Below are positions 1 through 12,600 of a stretch of DNA of 64,000 nt, one piece after another. The position numbers were made by a program, and so were the translations under genes. The first letter of the stretch is position 1. Every line of letters begins with the position of its first letter. The DNA is taken from positions 3,596,001 to 3,660,000 of the forward strand of contig NC_135252.1 of NCBI RefSeq assembly GCF_964204865.1, given 5' to 3'. A model generated the notes under the pieces. The model was not told where the DNA came from. It did no database searches and saw nothing but the letters and a program-made list of their open reading frames with translations. This stretch comes from Styela clava. Taxonomy: Eukaryota.

Positions 1-67
1 CGGCGAATTTTCCTGACACGATTATTTATAGCTGCTTAATACAACTGTCTACTTTATTTAATTCTAG

Positions 68-3000
68 GTCTTCTCGTGAACGTCGGCATCGATCATCCCG
101 ACATAGAAGATCGCGATCTCCTAAGCATAGTCGCAGGTAATTATTTTCTTCTTGGACAAGATTTCATAAAAATCAATCAACAGCCTCTTTGCTGGATCTT
201 TATTTAATTTATTCTTACTATCCTTCCTTTTTGTTCTCGGTATGCTCTTAGAAACGGCCTCCATAGTAAAGTTGAGGCTGACAAAATGAAAGACGCTTCT
301 GGTAAATCAGCGTCAACTCATAGGAAAAACAGGTAAAATATGCAAGTATGTGGAGTGTTGTATTTCATTGTTCATTCCACGTTTTTTCTGGACAGGTTAG
401 ACGCCGGAGTTTCACATCAGGTTTTATAGTGATACCCGTAGTGAAAAAAAAAAAAAAATGTATAAAGACTGGAATAGCAATAGGCTATACCAGATTTTTA
501 TCTGCATTAATGAAGTTATTAACGATGATTGGGGGAGGGTCTTTCAGAATTGTTCAAAGTCTAATTGGAGTTATTCTATTTACTTTAATTCTGAGTCCTG
601 GAACTTAAACCTCTAGCTGTGGTTCATACATTCTCAGACACCTGAGTTCCATTTCTTTTTACGAGGGTTAGGAATTTTACACTCTAGCCCTGACATGGGT
701 AAACTGCGGCTCGTTGGGTAGTTCAATCTGGCCCGCTTGATACTGCCACAATCAAACTAAAACCAAATTTTGATGTTTTAGCCAAAAAATAGCTCAAAGA
801 ATTTGTTGAGATTGCGATTGAATTTAGTTTTGGCACGAGGCTTATTGTTTTCCACTTTTACTTTTGTAACACTTTAAATATTGTGCATAGAATATAACTT
901 TTATTTCACACTTACATGGCCCGCCAGTCAAGTGGGCAAAATTCTTGACCCCTGGCCTAAAAACCTTGACCCCCCCTGCTCTAGCCGATTTGTATTGCCC
1001 TGTTACTTTGTTGGGGTTGAGATTGGAACCTGGTATGGCATTAGGTTGTATGTGCTAACCAGTAGACCATCACAGCTATAAATTCATTTTCCTTTATATT
1101 TTGTATGAATTTTTTACAGTTGGAGCAGGTCTCCTTCACCTCCGACAGGTTACGATAGAGCAATGGATGCTCAGGAGCGATTAGCAAGGAGGTTGGAGCG
1201 GGCAAGAGAATTGATGAGAAGGAAAAATGAACTAAGTAAGAAAGAAAATACAGATGCAAAAAATATGAGTGGCTTATCAGCCCTTGATAAAGTTCAAGGT
1301 ATCTTGTTTTGAATATTCTTTGCATAATTAGTTAATTACACAACTTTAGAGTGGTTAACAACATCTTATAGAGCAGTAACCATCGCAACCATTATTGTAT
1401 GCGAACACCATCTTTTGGTAATAATTTCATTCCGAGTTATATCATTCGAGAAATCTTTTCTGCAATGAAATTGCAATTCAAAACTTATTCCTAATTCTTC
1501 CACTCAAAGTGTTATCTGCGTTCCCATAAGCTACCTATTTTAACATTCATTTTTCCCTTGTATGTATGTGTATATTATAGGCCACACTATATTAACTATT
1601 TGGTGTAAATACTTTCAGCATGTCCACAAAGTTACATCATTTTAAAGTAAAGTGGTGGTTTGTAATAATATCTGTATTATTGATCTTTTTAATTTTATAA
1701 TTTTGTCAACAAATAATATTACTACATTATCTTTTCATTAATTTTAACTATTGTATTCTGTTTTATTTTATATTTCAATTCATTCTACAGAAGCTGTTAA
1801 ACGTGCTAGTCAGATAGTTTCTGGTGATTCGACTGTGAACACATCTCAAGAAGGAATTAGTGCTGTGGTATGTAATAATATTTTACAGTTTGTTGCTTGT
1901 TTGTAATTGCAATTTGCAAATCATAATTACAAACTTCAGGACACATCCTTTTTTACATTCATTGTAATAGTAATAGACACTTATTTCATTTCATCGTGGT
2001 CTATTCTGAGGTCTGAAAAACTCATCATTTGATCATTGCTTTGTTCTTAAATATTGGACCTAATTTCTTTTGCTTATTATCATGTACTCCCGTAGTGAGT
2101 GTACCAGGTTAGGGTTGGGCCCATATTCTGATTTTCCCTATTTTATTTTCTATTACGAGTCGAGGACTGTCTGTGTTAGCAAAGTGGATATACCCCCTGC
2201 CCATAGGTTTCAGTCCCTTTACACAACTTGATGTAAAGTAAGCGAACAAAATTAGTTACCTCCAAATTGCTACACATACTTCTGGAGCGCCTATCGTCAA
2301 GTTCAGATTTGCAGGGATTGCATTTTATGTTATAGTTTCTTTGCATTTAGATTTGGTGTTCAATAACAAAGTATTTTTACTTCATACTAGGCATCTGCTC
2401 AAATCGAAGCTCTGAAAGCGAAAGCTCTGGCTGAAACTGGAATTGAAGTTCCGTCATATTATAATCCACTTGCCGTTAACCCAATGAGTTATGCACATCA
2501 AGCCATGAAGCGAAAAATGCTTTGGTCCAAGAAAGATGTAAGTATCATTACATATTGTTTGTTGAACCCTGATTTGGCTTTATATTTTAAAATAAATCAA
2601 AATTACCTAATAACATTAAGTTTAATTAATTACTGTTGACTGTGATATTCATTTTGAAAATATTATTTTAGGCCCTGTATCGTATTGGCCAATTTTTTTC
2701 ATGGAGATTCTGGTCAAGTAAAGTTACTTAATGATTTTGAATATTCCTAATGTATTTGGTTGCCAAATTTATTTTTATTTTTTCATCATAATGTATTTTC
2801 AAATTGATGATTTATGAGTTAATAAATAAAATATTTTTGAACTCGATATGCTCAGATATGGGAATTATTCTTGCTTCTTGGGCATTTATTGTATATTATC
2901 TTGGCACAGCAAGCTGATACTATTATCGGAATTATTTTTACACCTATGATGATTGACTATATCCTAGCAATATTGTTAATTATCTTGCATTGATTCGCTG

Positions 3001-3714
3001 ACTAGTGGTTTACATAAAATATTGAAAACCTAGCTTTCAACAAAACCACTCAGATTAAATATTAGGTCCAACAGGTCTGTTTATGTTTTACATCTTTGCT
3101 TGAACAGGATAATGAGAAAGACAAAGAGAAACAAACTTCAACTATCCCAGGAAAGACTGCATTGTGGAGTAGTGTTAAGTTCGGTGATGATAAATCAAAT
3201 GAAAAGTTTGCAAAACTAATGGGAATCAAAGGAGATCAGGTACTTAAACACCTAGCGAGTAGTGTATCTATGCTACCTATATGATATGTTGTTTAAGTGC
3301 TTGAGTATGGATGCTGTCTAGTTACATTTGTTCATTTCAACTCTGTAACATTGAACATAAATGCTTTTTAGGGTAACGGATCCGAAGATGCTGAGGCAAA
3401 TGCAATAATTAAGAAGCAAGCAGAAGTTTTTCAGAACCTTGATATGCAATATCAACAAGCGAGGATTACAACACATACACAGGTACATGATTACTGAGAC
3501 GAGACTTCATGAAACTTTTTCGAACTTGCTATTTGTGTTCATTAATAACAACTTTTTGTTTTTTGTATTTTAGTTTATTACTTTGAGAAAAATATTTTTC
3601 GATGCTTGCTCATCAACAATAATATTCTTTTTACAGAGAGGACTTGGTCTTGGATTTTCAACATCGATGATAAACCCTAATACATCAACACAACAACCAA
3701 CTTCTACGACTTAA
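68..3714 (+). CDS. RSRC2: Arginine/serine-rich coiled-coil protein 2, 3' part (5' end lies outside the window)
   Basis: Phase-consistent GT-AG exons 68-136, 252-332, 1120-1298, 1791-1867, 2391-2537, 3108-3239, 3372-3482, 3637-3714 (TAA). Translation has an RS tract, SRSPSPP..AMDAQERLARRLERA, KALAETGIEVPSYYNPLAVNPM..KRKMLW, KFAKLMGIK and FQNLDMQY..THTQRGLGLGF (RSRC2/SMAP-domain motifs). Confidence 0.93.
690..978. mobile_element. Non-autonomous hAT MITE in RSRC2 intron
   Basis: 8-bp TSD CTCTAGCC at 682-689 and 979-986; degenerate TIRs (CTGACATGGGTAAACT ... CCTTGACCCCCCCTG); internal GGCCCGC subterminal motifs. Confidence 0.75.
2083..2291 (-). mobile_element. ~210-bp MITE family B (GG termini, internal GGTTAGGGTT)
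   Basis: Reverse-complement homolog of 51326-51538 and of the partial copy 50049-50172; degenerate 8-bp TSD TATTATCA/TATCGTCA. Confidence 0.75.
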
Positions 3715-3943
3715 TGAGTTTGCTGTATTGTTTTTGCTCTATTTTTTATGATTTAATTATTAGCATTCTGTGCAACATTGATCATTATGATCATAAAACA
3801 CTGATGGTATAAATTTGAATGAACAGACATGCCATTGTCCGGTATGCTCATAAAAGTATGTTTGAATTTCGGGATGTTTTGGTTATCTTGTTGAATATTT
3901 ATGCTTACAACAACGAGAGAGTAACTTATAAATATAGGGTATA

Positions 3944-4035
3944 AAGTATTGAAATAATTTGGAAAAAAATCATTTTGGAAAATTTATGGTCATTAAGTAT
4001 TGAAATAATTTGGAAAAAATCATTTTGGAAAATTT
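3944..4035. repeat. Short tandem duplication (~41-bp core, ~51-bp period) downstream of RSRC2
   Basis: AAGTATTGAAATAATTTGGAAAAAA(A)TCATTTTGGAAAATTT occurs twice. Confidence 0.8.
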
Positions 4036-4318
4036 TCTCTCCAAATTAGATTATGGGAAATCCATGTTGTGGCGCAAGATTTTCAAATGGCTAAACTTGG
4101 AATGAAATAAAAGTTTCTAGCGGACACATCCCTATTCCAGTACTTGATATTTGAAGGCGATTGGTACTGTATTCCCAGAGAGTGACCAGTTTTTTTCAGC
4201 AGCATGGAAAAAACCCATAATTAAGGAAAACTATAATGATTTATATTTAGTTTTCTCAGTATCACAAATTTCGATATGTATTAAATCGAGTACATGCAAC
4301 TGAAACAAATCGCTGGCT

Positions 4319-4433
4319 AACTAATTCCATACCCGACATGGACTGGTAACCGGACGAGGGACCGTGATACGCCATATGATTAAGCCGTCTTATCGGCTTC
4401 CCTCTCCCCCTGGATAAATATTTAAATCTTATC
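4319..4433 (+). mobile_element. 5'-truncated copy of the tRNA-derived SINE
   Basis: Matches the 3' ~115 nt of 39760-40095 (CCATACCCGAC..GGTAACCGGACGAG..GCCATATG..TAAGCCGTCTTATC..GGATAAATA). Confidence 0.85.
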
Positions 4434-5049
4434 ATTGAGTGCAGCACGGTTTAAATAATGTGAATAGTATTAATTTAGCAAACCTTGATCACCTAGACAA
4501 GTAACTTGCCGAGGATGGGATTGCATTCAAGGATTGTTCACTGTAATTCATCTTGTGTATTGAAAATTTAAGACAAAAGACAACTACTGGTACTTTGCAG
4601 TTCAAATAAAAATCTTAATGTTTTCCCAGTGCGATTTTACCGATTCTAAAAACGTTTGGTTGTTAAATTTATCCGTTTGATGTTGCCGCTTCATTTGTTT
4701 ATATATTTTTTTCAGTCGGTTTATATTTAAATTTATCTCTGATAAAGTTGTATATATGTATCACAGAAACTTCAAAAGAGTCATGTTGAGTTGTTGTTTT
4801 CTGTCAAATTCCAATCGTATTCTGCTTGACTTGGTTTTTACTCTGATTCTTGACAGCCAATCTAGTTTTTTCTTTTATTTGCCATCTCTGAATTTTCATT
4901 TATTGTAATCCATGTATATAAAAAACAAGTTTTGTATTTTGGTTGTTTGTAAACCCGAACTGTGGGCGAATTGATTAATCGATATCGCTTTGAATGGCAG
5001 TTTGAACTCCTGATGTATCATTGTCGTCTGTCTGTGCGAGTGTACTGGT

Positions 5050-5976
5050 TAGGAATGGGCCGAGATTCGAGTCGAATCCACGCATTTTTTGGACTCTGAT
5101 TTGATTTCGAGTCCACGTCATTTTTACCGAGTCTATAATCATTTTTGTTTTTACTAATTTCCGCCTATGTTTGTACTTTTACCTCTATAAATCTCAGTAC
5201 ATACCCTGACTCATTAAAATTCAAGGTTAGATCTGTAAGAATATCCCTCGTGTGTATTATAAACACTCTTGATAAAAACGACGACAGACAGCCAGAACGC
5301 ATGTTGAAAACTGTTGATCGCTTATAAGAATGATGTCGCTTCAAAACTATCTATTCTATACATGTGAACAATAAAATATGTGTTAGCGCAATATTTTTGA
5401 GTTTTCGATTCACGAAAAAATGAAACATGCTCGGAGTCTGGATCGACCCAAAGGGGAATTTCATCTGTATATCTTTTAAATCGAATTTATTAGGTACCTC
5501 TACTACTAAAATTGCAAGCAGATGTACCACATTGTATTGACGAGTGGCATTTGCGCACGCGACATAGAAAGTTTGCGGCTGGAATTATGTAAAAGCATTG
5601 TAGTCAAAAGCTTTTTTATTTTCCATATTGACATGTAAGAATTTCTAAATAGCCGCCCAGAATTAACGTAGGGTGGCGGGCTGGAAATCCAGTTCACAGC
5701 CAAGGCGCACATTGACCCACGTTTACGTTTGTATTATGGCCGCCAACGAGGAAAAATATATTTCTAAGATGATTCGACAGCTACCTGCGGAACCATTAGG
5801 CAAAAAAAGATGAGCTACGACGTATGTTTGTGAGCGTACGTTGCTGTAGCATGGTCAAAAACGTGTTTTTCTGCTATTCCATTGTGACGTCACGGACTTG
5901 GAAGATTCGGTTTGAGTCCTTGACTTATTACTCGGATTCGTCGTATCTCTGTAAAACTGGACTTGTCCCATCCCTA
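5050..5976. mobile_element. Non-autonomous hAT (Ac-type TAGGGATG TIR) element
   Basis: Perfect 8-bp TSD GTACTGGT (5042-5049, 5977-5984); TIRs TAGGAATGGGCCGAG / TAGGGATGGGACAAG. Confidence 0.85.
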
Positions 5977-6084
5977 GTACTGGTTTCAAATTGAGATTTG
6001 AAATGATTTACGTTTGGCAGATAACGTTCAAGAAGTCATGAAATTGACGGATTTTAATTACTGTGTTCAGTCAGTCTTCTTATT

Positions 6085-6700
6085 TTCCACCCCATGATTG
6101 AATAAAACGTTCGCCTCCCGACAATAGCACGTTACCATATCCAGAATACATCTGAATCAAATGTCGATGGGTTTATCGTTTGTTTCAGCGGAGGGATATC
6201 TCATCCGGTTCCATTACATTTGAACCCACGTACATTTGAACCCATGGCAATTGCACCTGTATGCTATTGCACCTAAGGAATTTTTTTTGTTTTTCGGATA
6301 GTTGAACCTACACTAACCCTAACCCATGGGTTTTAGCACCCGCATATAGATTGAACCCGTGGATATACACATGGGTTCAAATGTACGGTCACCATCTCAT
6401 CCGTGTTTTCCTCTAGTTAGGCGGGAGAACGTTGGTGATTGCATGTTGGATTGTTGATGCGATGTCTCTTATTAGCGCGGGAGGATTTACCACCCCCATA
6501 ATTAGATAAAGCATTCGTCTCTCGGGAATAACACGTTACCATATCAAGGATACCACGAAACAAATGTCAATGGATTTGTCGTTTGTTTCGGCGGAGGGGG
6601 AATCTCAATAATGTTTTTCTTGTATAGGTAGGAGATTGCATTTTAGATTGTTGGTGTGATGTATGTATTGATCTCTAATCAGCGCGGGGGGATTTCCTCG
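6085..6700. repeat. Diverged tandem duplication (~205-bp unit x2), first unit interrupted by a MITE
   Basis: Shared blocks CACGTTACCATATC, CAAATGTC.ATGG.TTT.TCGTTTGTTTC.GCGGAGGG, GATTGCAT.TT.GATTGTTG and AGCGCGGG.GGATTT in both units. Confidence 0.7.
6207..6393 (+). mobile_element. MITE family A (GG-terminal TIRs, 9-bp TSD; Merlin- or MULE-like)
   Basis: TSD ATCTCATCC (6198-6206, 6394-6402); imperfect TIRs GGTTCCATTACATTTGAACCCA / GGTGACCGTACATTTGAACCCA; internal CTAACCCTAACCC. Confidence 0.92.
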
Positions 6701-7024
6701 CTCGTTGACTGAATGAGGTATCCCATACTCGCAAGCAGCCCACTTGAACCAGTCTCAGAAATATTTTGGTCGTTGGCAGATATGGAAATACGTTGAAATT
6801 TTTTGATCGTGATTTTCAGAGGCCCTAAGGCTTAAGCGCTTGAGACTTTTGTGCCCCATATAAAAATATAATAATAATGTAACTAGTGTTCCATGTTTTC
6901 TGAAACTGATCAAGTAAGTTTCAGTAAGAATATTTCCACGATGATCGATTTCTTGACCTATTTCCGTAACAATGACGAAACAATTAAAATTTGTCCAACC
7001 GCCCAGACAAATATCCAGACATCA

Positions 7025-7327
7025 TTACTCATCGATCTCGATCGGTAAATATGTTGATAGGTATCTATCTGTTTGTTTGTCTGTCTGTCTGTTAGACACT
7101 TTCCTATGTTACGCGATATCTCACGAAAGCGAGGTTAAATCTGTCCAAATTTTGCACGTGCATTCATCATATCTCGGAAGCCTATTGGTTTTGGAGGAGT
7201 TATGTCGTATAATTAGCGATTTATTTATTAATTAGTGATGGGACACGCGGTGTCGCTATTGAGTCAGAGTGAAGGATACACGCCGTTAGATCGATAAGTC
7301 TGCGGTCTCTGATCGATATCTCTCGTT
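7025..7327 (+). mobile_element. Helentron-associated (HINE/DINE-like) non-autonomous element
   Basis: Sub-terminal inverted repeats ACTCATCGATC (5') and GATCGATAAGT (3'), a (TGTC)n microsatellite near the 5' end, and a short 3' hairpin CGGTCTCTGATCG. Confidence 0.55.
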
Positions 7328-7488
7328 GTAAACATTGCTTCGTTGTTTTGCGTTACTTGCCAGTTTCAATTGTGTTTCCAAAAATTAGTTCTAAGCCAAA
7401 CAACTTGATAGTTATTATGCCTTCCGAGGAGCTTTAGTTTAGTTGCAATAATCAAATATTAGTCCCACAAAATTGCGACAGACTAGAC

Positions 7489-8368
7489 CAGTGGTCGGCA
7501 AACTTTATGTACACGCGGGCCAAATATGCACATTTCCGGTAGCGTGCGGGCCGCATTAATTTCCGCCTGCGAACAATTACGACATTAAACTTCAAATTAT
7601 GGCGCACTCCACAATCTAATCTGTGCCACAGTGAAACGTGTATGTTGACTTTCTTGATATATATATATATATTATCAAACAATACATTGTTTCAATTCAC
7701 TTATTATCAATTATAAGGATGATGTTTTTTCTTTGTCATGGCGAAAGCGTTGAAATCAAATGGCAAGTCCTCCAAATGACCGTTCGACAAGCGAGTACGA
7801 AACCTATTCTTAGTATGATGCATTTTAGATAAAGCTGCTCACAGCAATATACGCTTCCGAACGTGCACATTACACGTTTTGCACTGTCGCACAGCTTAGC
7901 AGTGGTGCAGCTCGGGGTCGAATTTCGTATTTGCAATAACACGTTTCGTAATGACGTTTAACATTGAATAACTTAATAAATAACTGCGATGTTGACGCGG
8001 TATATCAAGCTGGTTTTGAAATGCGCAAAAGAAAAAAATATTTTCCGTCCAAGCACTTCGGAATGTTCGGCTCGACCCTTATTGCAAACTTCCCTCCGTT
8101 CCGGGACGTTTTTATATTTTTAGAATTTAAAATAAACTCAACTTATAATTACTACCATCAGGTAAACGACATACACATACAACTGACGTTACTTACGACA
8201 AAAAGCGCCGTACAACAGCACTCGTTACCACGTAAATCCGTGTAGAGACAATAATAAATTTATAATGAAATCCTTGTTTTATGCATTAAAAGTCGGGACG
8301 TTCGAGGGCTGCAAAAAATTAGTTCGCGGACCGCATTTGGCCCGCGGGCCACAGTTTGCCGACCCCTG
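7489..8368 (-). mobile_element. Internally deleted hAT (Buster/SPIN-like) element with transposase C-terminal relic
   Basis: TIRs CAGTGGTCGGCAAACT / CAGGGGTCGGCAAACT; degenerate TSD GACTAGAC/TACTACAC; minus-strand peptide AKRVMCTFGSVYCCEQL resembles the hAT dimerisation motif SMFGSTYLCEQLFS and is frameshifted afterwards. Confidence 0.82.
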
Positions 8369-9668
8369 TACTACACCAACGGCACGTAGTCAAATAGTTT
8401 TACTAAAATTTATGTTTTTGAACATGTAAACCATATTTTAAGCGCCAACTCTCCGAACAAGCAAATTCTGTTTTGTTTTATGTTTTTCTATATTTTATTA
8501 AAAAAAAGTTTAGTCTATTTAAAAGCCTGTCCATGCTTTATTATTCTCTCGTAAGTGGCCGAAAGGAATCAATGTAAATTAGAAACACACGATATTGGCA
8601 ACCGTCACCTTTGTTTTGAACAAAATTTCTCCTCATTCTCTTTCCTTCTTTTGTAGTCTACCAGTCAGTAAAACTCCACAACAACGCACACGTTCAAATA
8701 CCGCACATACAAATAATTCGTTCGTTTTCAGCGTTGTGCTTTGCTGTTTTATCTTTGATCAATCGTGTATCCAATAAACAACCAATGAATTGCGTGATTG
8801 ATTTTAATGCATAAACGTGGAGCTAATATCGTTCAGGTCTGTACCAAATACGCAAACGGCTGATGGGCTTATAACTGCGGAAAATGCAAAGTCCATGAAT
8901 ATTCTTCAATATTCCGAAATTTTAATCGCTCATGAGATTGATAAAAGCGAATTAAAGTGGCCTAAGGGAAAAGTGACAAACATTCATTAATTCAACTACA
9001 AAATGAATAAAAAAAACGCGCAGTGGAGCCGAGCATTTTTTAATCTTCCATGTATACCTCAATCGACAATAGGATTTATGTTCTTTTTGCAACAACAGAC
9101 AAATAACTATTCTTTTGATATGCACTGATAATGATTTTAATGAGAATTTCATGTTCACCGTATATCGATGAATCGTATTCATTCTATGCTCAAACTACCA
9201 TCGGTTCGCATGGAATGTCAAAAATTAAGAAGAAATTTTGCCGACACTATATAAGAAGCTTTTCCTTCCGCTTAATTGTTATGGTATATCCCATCATCTG
9301 ACACAATTCTATGTGCGGCAACAATATGTCATCTTTATATATAGGAAGAAGGCATCAGAACACACCATATGCAAAATGCAGTCGGTAAGATGATCCCGCA
9401 CCATACACACCAGTATTCAATACAGAGAAGTAGTACTCGTCGAGTAAGAAGGGGGTTATAAAGGCTGATAAAATTGGCGAATATGTTTTTGATTACATAC
9501 TCGTATATCAGTTTGTATAGATTTTATACGAACAGAATTGGCTAGATCAGATATTGCTTTTTAAAATGAAATGAAAATAGAGTATCGAATTATATAAATC
9601 ATTACAAACTGCTAAGAATCTGAAAAAAAAAACAGAAAATATAGAAATAATCTAAATATATCAATATC

Positions 9669-12600
9669 ATGGCGAAGACATGTGGAGCTGGAGTATTGAA
9701 ATGTCTGATTCTCGTAATAAACACCATTATGTTCCTCGGAGGCCTGTGCCTTGCTGCAGTATGTAAGTATTTATAGCGACAAATTTTCTAGAAAATTGAT
9801 AACCGACAATGTATATATAGCAAGCTTTCCAATCCGCTTACGGTTGACGACAAAAATTCAAATGTTCTGAACTAAATGTCCATTATTGTGAAAAGAACAC
9901 TAAGTCATGACTTTTGAAGCATTTTTTTTATAATTTTCATTGATCAATGTATTTTCAAAGTCGCTGTGTGTCGTTTTGGACGTGTACTAATATTCCATAA
10001 TTTTTGCACGTAAAAATTAAAATCCATATTTTGAAATCTTCATAATTTGTTTAGCTGGATATACTGCATTCAACAAGGAAAGTTTTTTACATCAGATGAT
10101 ATACGGAGCCAAAATACAAAATGCAATGACGGGAATCTATATTCTGTTCGCAGTCGGAATCGTGATGGCTTTAGTTTCGTATGTATATACTCATTTAACG
10201 CATTACAAAATTCGGTGACGACATTTCTAATATGTTTTTCTCTGGCTTACATTCTCATTGATGTTGATAATTAGACTGCTTATTCACTGTAAAAATCATG
10301 GATATTATTATCTAAAATAGTGACAAATTCTATATCGTTTTTTAAACCCTAAGGTTGTTGAAAAAATTTTATATTAGATATTCTTTGTCCGACGTAATCT
10401 TTATAGTTAATCCTCATTCAAAATTTTACAAACGTATTGCAGAATTCTCGGATGTGTTGGAGCTGCAAATGAAAATAAATTGCTCTTATGGATAAATTTC
10501 TTCTTTATTCTTCTCATATTCATTATGGAACTTGTGGCTACTATATTATGCTTTTACAAGTACAAAGCTGTCGAGGTAAAACATGTTATTGTATGATTCC
10601 GAGTTTTGTTTTATTATGTAGAACACAGTAATTGTGAATTACCAAATAAAATATATCGGTAGAATATAGTACCGAGAACTGTAGTTTTTATTCAGATTAT
10701 ATGTATATTTCTCAACAACAGAAACATTTGAATTTCATACGTATAAATATGAATAATTTAAAATAGCCTCTCCGCGCCACAGTTCATTCTAAGAATTATT
10801 TTCATCCAAACTTAAAAATGGGAAACTAAACACGGTCGTGACCATTCAAAGGAAGTAGATTTTTTATTAAAAATGTAGAAACGGTTCCCATTTACTGTAA
10901 TTGTTGATAGCTTTAACCCGATGTTTAAATCCAAAATGATATTACGCAACATCGAACAAGAATCTAAGTTTCCAAATGGCAGTGCTGAGTTTTGCTTTAT
11001 CGTGGGGCATTCAGTTCAGCTTCTAGCAAAGGTACATACTTAAAATACGCACCCGGTTCAGGTTAATTATCCGTACTTCATTTTATAATGTGTATTGTGA
11101 TCTTATTTTTAATATCATTCCTGAATATTTTATTACAACTTCCGAATTACGTTTACCTGTTTTTACAGAAAGATGTCTTGACTACAATCAAAGATAGTTC
11201 TCGACTACATGCAAATGAAACATCTGCCTTGGCTCTCGTGAGTAAACAAGTTATTTATAAAATTATCTAACACCCAGAGACATGGCAGGTAGATTTGGGG
11301 AAGGGGCAACGTTATATTGAAATGTCAAATCAATTTGTCTAGATCATTTTTGACCGCTTTCTTTAATAGTATATAAATCAACTGAGATATTCTGTCTGTA
11401 AAGTTAATACATATAACCATGGCTCCACGGTCAGATGAGTTGAATATGCCAAGTATAATCATTTCATCGTTACATATTCCATCAGCGTTAATGAAAATTT
11501 GGGATATTCGACTGACAACCAGAATATATAAAATCATCCCACGTTTCCTTGGTTCACTTCCGTATGGTAGGTTTCAGTGTTGTGTCAAAACAATATTGTG
11601 AGTTTAACAAGTTACATAAATATACGTTATATGTTGATGCATGTTGGCAACTGGTCAAACAGTAATAATATTCATTACTTTAGAATAAATACACGGCAAA
11701 GAATACACAAATAAGAAAATCCCAGAAATAAATGTAATTCAGTCCTGAATCCCCTAACTAAACAATTTTCACATACATTTGTGTTTTCCAATCAAGTCAG
11801 TATAAACAATTGTTCAAATGCAATCACAACTGCGTTGCCATGAAAAACAATATTCAGTTTATATCATGTTTGCTTCTGATTCTGCATAAAAATAAATGAG
11901 GTCTAAATAATGTACTATTTTCACAGGTGAGAACAGTTTTGTCGCATATTGAATCGTCTGGAAAATGTTGTGGACTGCATGGTCCCAAGGACTACGGGGA
12001 CAAAATTCCTCAGTCCTGCTACGCACCCGCACCTGTGACAAGCAGAACTGAAAACAGAAAGTCATCTTTGGCTGATTCAGAGTATGTAGCAATAATAGTA
12101 TTCATAGGTAGTTGATACACCTGCTTAAAATTGGTGCATTCGATTAAACTACATCAGACAACATGAGTTATGCTTCGTGTAAGTTTTACATAAATTGTAA
12201 CACTTGTATCGTTTACCTCGACAATAAAGTAACTTCGTACGAAACGCTTTTTTCTGGGTAAATCGTGGAGCTCGACATATATATGTCTTATTGTCGATGA
12301 TTCAACCGCAAATAAAACTCAGAGTGCTAAGCTTCAGGAAGACAGACAACAACGTTCTGATAATATATCTGTTAATTTGATTTTCTTTTAACCCAACAGA
12401 ATCGATTTGTGTCATACATAACATCATCCATGTTATTTGTACCACCGGCCATTTTATCCGTAAATTGTTTTCATTCTTAGTAACCCATCAAATGACGCAC
12501 CTGTGGAATCAGGAGGTGAATTAGGAAGTAACCCGGTAGCGGCAAACGGTAAGCAACAAGTAAACCTTTAGTACCACTGCTACATCAAATAAAAATAAGT

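Noticed and set aside
6310-6330. Interstitial telomere / chromosome fusion scar
   Set aside because: Only about two CCCTAA units, always embedded in TSD-flanked MITEs.
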